Below are positions 62,255-64,000 of a stretch of 64,000 nt of DNA, in pieces. Made by a program: the position numbers and the translations under genes. The number at the start of each line of letters is the position of its first letter. Positions within the stretch are counted from its first letter, which is position 1. The stretch is from NCBI RefSeq assembly GCF_037042905.1, contig NC_087251.1, forward strand, positions 25,174,001-25,238,000. Reading direction: 5' to 3'. The DNA comes from Lytechinus pictus. Its lineage: Eukaryota. Under the pieces are notes generated by a model. It saw only the letters and a program-made list of their open reading frames with translations. It did no database searches and was not told where the DNA came from.

Positions 62255-64000
62255 CATCGTAAGAACTCTACCTTTGTAAGTGAGAACTTGGAACAGACAT
62301 TATTTTTACTCAAGCAAAGTACACAAAAGAAGTATGACGACACATCAAAATCAACATGCCAGTCATTTAGTCAAGAAGAACTAATACTTACTTTTTTTAA
62401 TGCCCGTATAGCTGTTTTACCATATGAACTTCACAGTAGGTCTTTAAACAACCCTGTTTAATTTATTGAATAAAAGATATTAAAAATTAGACCTCGTTTT
62501 TATGATGTTAAATACTTGTTTAAACTAGGCTACTAAATAACTACTGTCAAGTTTAAATAGTAAACAGCGCCATAAAAAATAATGAATAAACATTGTTTTT
62601 AGTGTGCAAAGAGATCTAAATGAGGAAGATGGATGGGGTAAGTTCGATCTCACCTTTGATGTAAATGTGCATGGCAACATTGACATCATGTTAGCAGAGT
62701 GAACTTGTCTAGGAGGAGCAATTAAAATTTGGCTATGTCACGTCAGTTTAGCGGAAAAGCGATAGATACACGATGGAAATAGGATTTATTAGTAGCGCAC
62801 TATCTTGTCATACACATAGGTCGTACATAAACGACAGCGATGTATCTCTAGATTTCATAGACAGCAACAATTTTTAGCATTATCACCGCTACACTTGTCA
62901 TTTACATAATAGTTCAAAGATACTAAATAAAGTAAACGCTCCTAAAAGGGTATTTTAAGATTCTAAATAAAGATGAACTTGAACGCGGTCGTAAGGATCC
63001 TTAACGCATCACGTCAATCGATGGATTACTACAATTATGTGGTGTCATGCTGGGCTTTCTCTCTTTAATTAATTTCCGGAGCATTCCTAATCCCAAATAA
63101 TTCCTCGTTGTTCCTGTGTTGTTCGCTACACGTTCTTCATTGATATATCTGTTATTTACCCCAATGAGGTATACTGCCTTTGCTCTTTTTGTTAGCGGAA
63201 AATGCTAGAAATACACACATGAAAACGAACAAAACAAAACAAACATTTAGTTCTGAAGCCCCCCTTGCGATGTTTCATCCGTCTTCCTCCCACTCTCCCT
63301 CTTCCGTGATCATGTTAATCCACTTCTGACTCACTCATTCTTTTCTCTATCTACTGAAGGGGCCTCAATACACGTATTTATGTATTATATCATCACCCCC
63401 TTCTCTCTACCCCATCAAACATTTCAAACATCGACTTCCGATTAGCTCTCAAACTCCCCCTCACTCTCTCCCCTCCTTTATATATACCCTAGAGCTCCGT
63501 ATACAGTTCAACTCTCTTTGCCCGCAATTTCAATAGATCCCCCTATATTGTTCACCCCCCCCCCCCCCTCTTTCTGTCCGTCCGTCTACTGTATCTTTCC
63601 CCACTCACTCTCTCTTTCCATCTCTCCCTCTGTCTTGCCTCTCTTTGTTTTTCTCAAGCGTCACTAGTTCTTACATCACTATCTTTCTGAGTGTCGCCCC
63701 TTCGCATCTCCCTCTCTCTTTCCCACTTTAAAGTCTTATTCCATATTGAGCTCCTACACTAACCATGGACCCACTACAAATCATGCTGGTAACCTTTGCT
63801 GGTAACACTCTCGGAACCATCATTTATGATAAACATTCGAAATCGAGATATAAACAGTGCATGAATCTCCCTTTCTTTTCTCATTACCTCGGTCACGTCC
63901 ATGTCTTGCAAATTGATATCTAATAATTTGCCAAATCTATTTCCTCCTGTTTACTCTTCTATATTTTTTTTTCATTGAATGAGACCGAACCAATAATGAC

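Noticed and set aside
63280..63730. Pyrimidine-rich (CT) tract
   Set aside because: Low-complexity sequence, like 18130-18300; no structure or ORF.

Overview
AT-rich, intron-rich animal genomic DNA. The repeat content suggests a marine invertebrate deuterostome, probably a sea urchin (inference). Three complete spliced genes were rebuilt by hand, all with GT-AG introns in consistent phase. (1) A GALNT7-like polypeptide N-acetylgalactosaminyltransferase, minus strand, 11 coding exons, 83-13428, 609 aa. (2) An ASB3-like ankyrin-repeat/SOCS-box protein, minus strand, 7 coding exons, 24547-33012, 520 aa. (3) An SDCCAG8-like centrosomal coiled-coil protein, plus strand, 17 coding exons, 37763-57258, 789 aa. 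ASB3 and SDCCAG8 are head-to-head. Introns and intergenic DNA are full of non-autonomous DNA transposons (Kolobok/T2-type, hAT-, PIF/Harbinger-, Tc1/mariner- and Helentron-like), tRNA-derived SINEs, LINE 3' tails and tandem duplications. I found no transposase gene, RNA gene, CRISPR array or clearly new multi-gene system. Most notable: a 1185-bp TIR element with a perfect 8-bp TSD 90 bp upstream of the SDCCAG8 ATG, whose only TIR mismatch improves a splice acceptor; two 31/45-bp CATAG...CTATG palindromes between 8-bp direct repeats that resemble P-element excision footprints; a nested transposon stack in one SDCCAG8 intron; and a Cys-to-Ser change in the ASB3 BC box. Superfamily labels rest on termini and TSD length only, with no database search.
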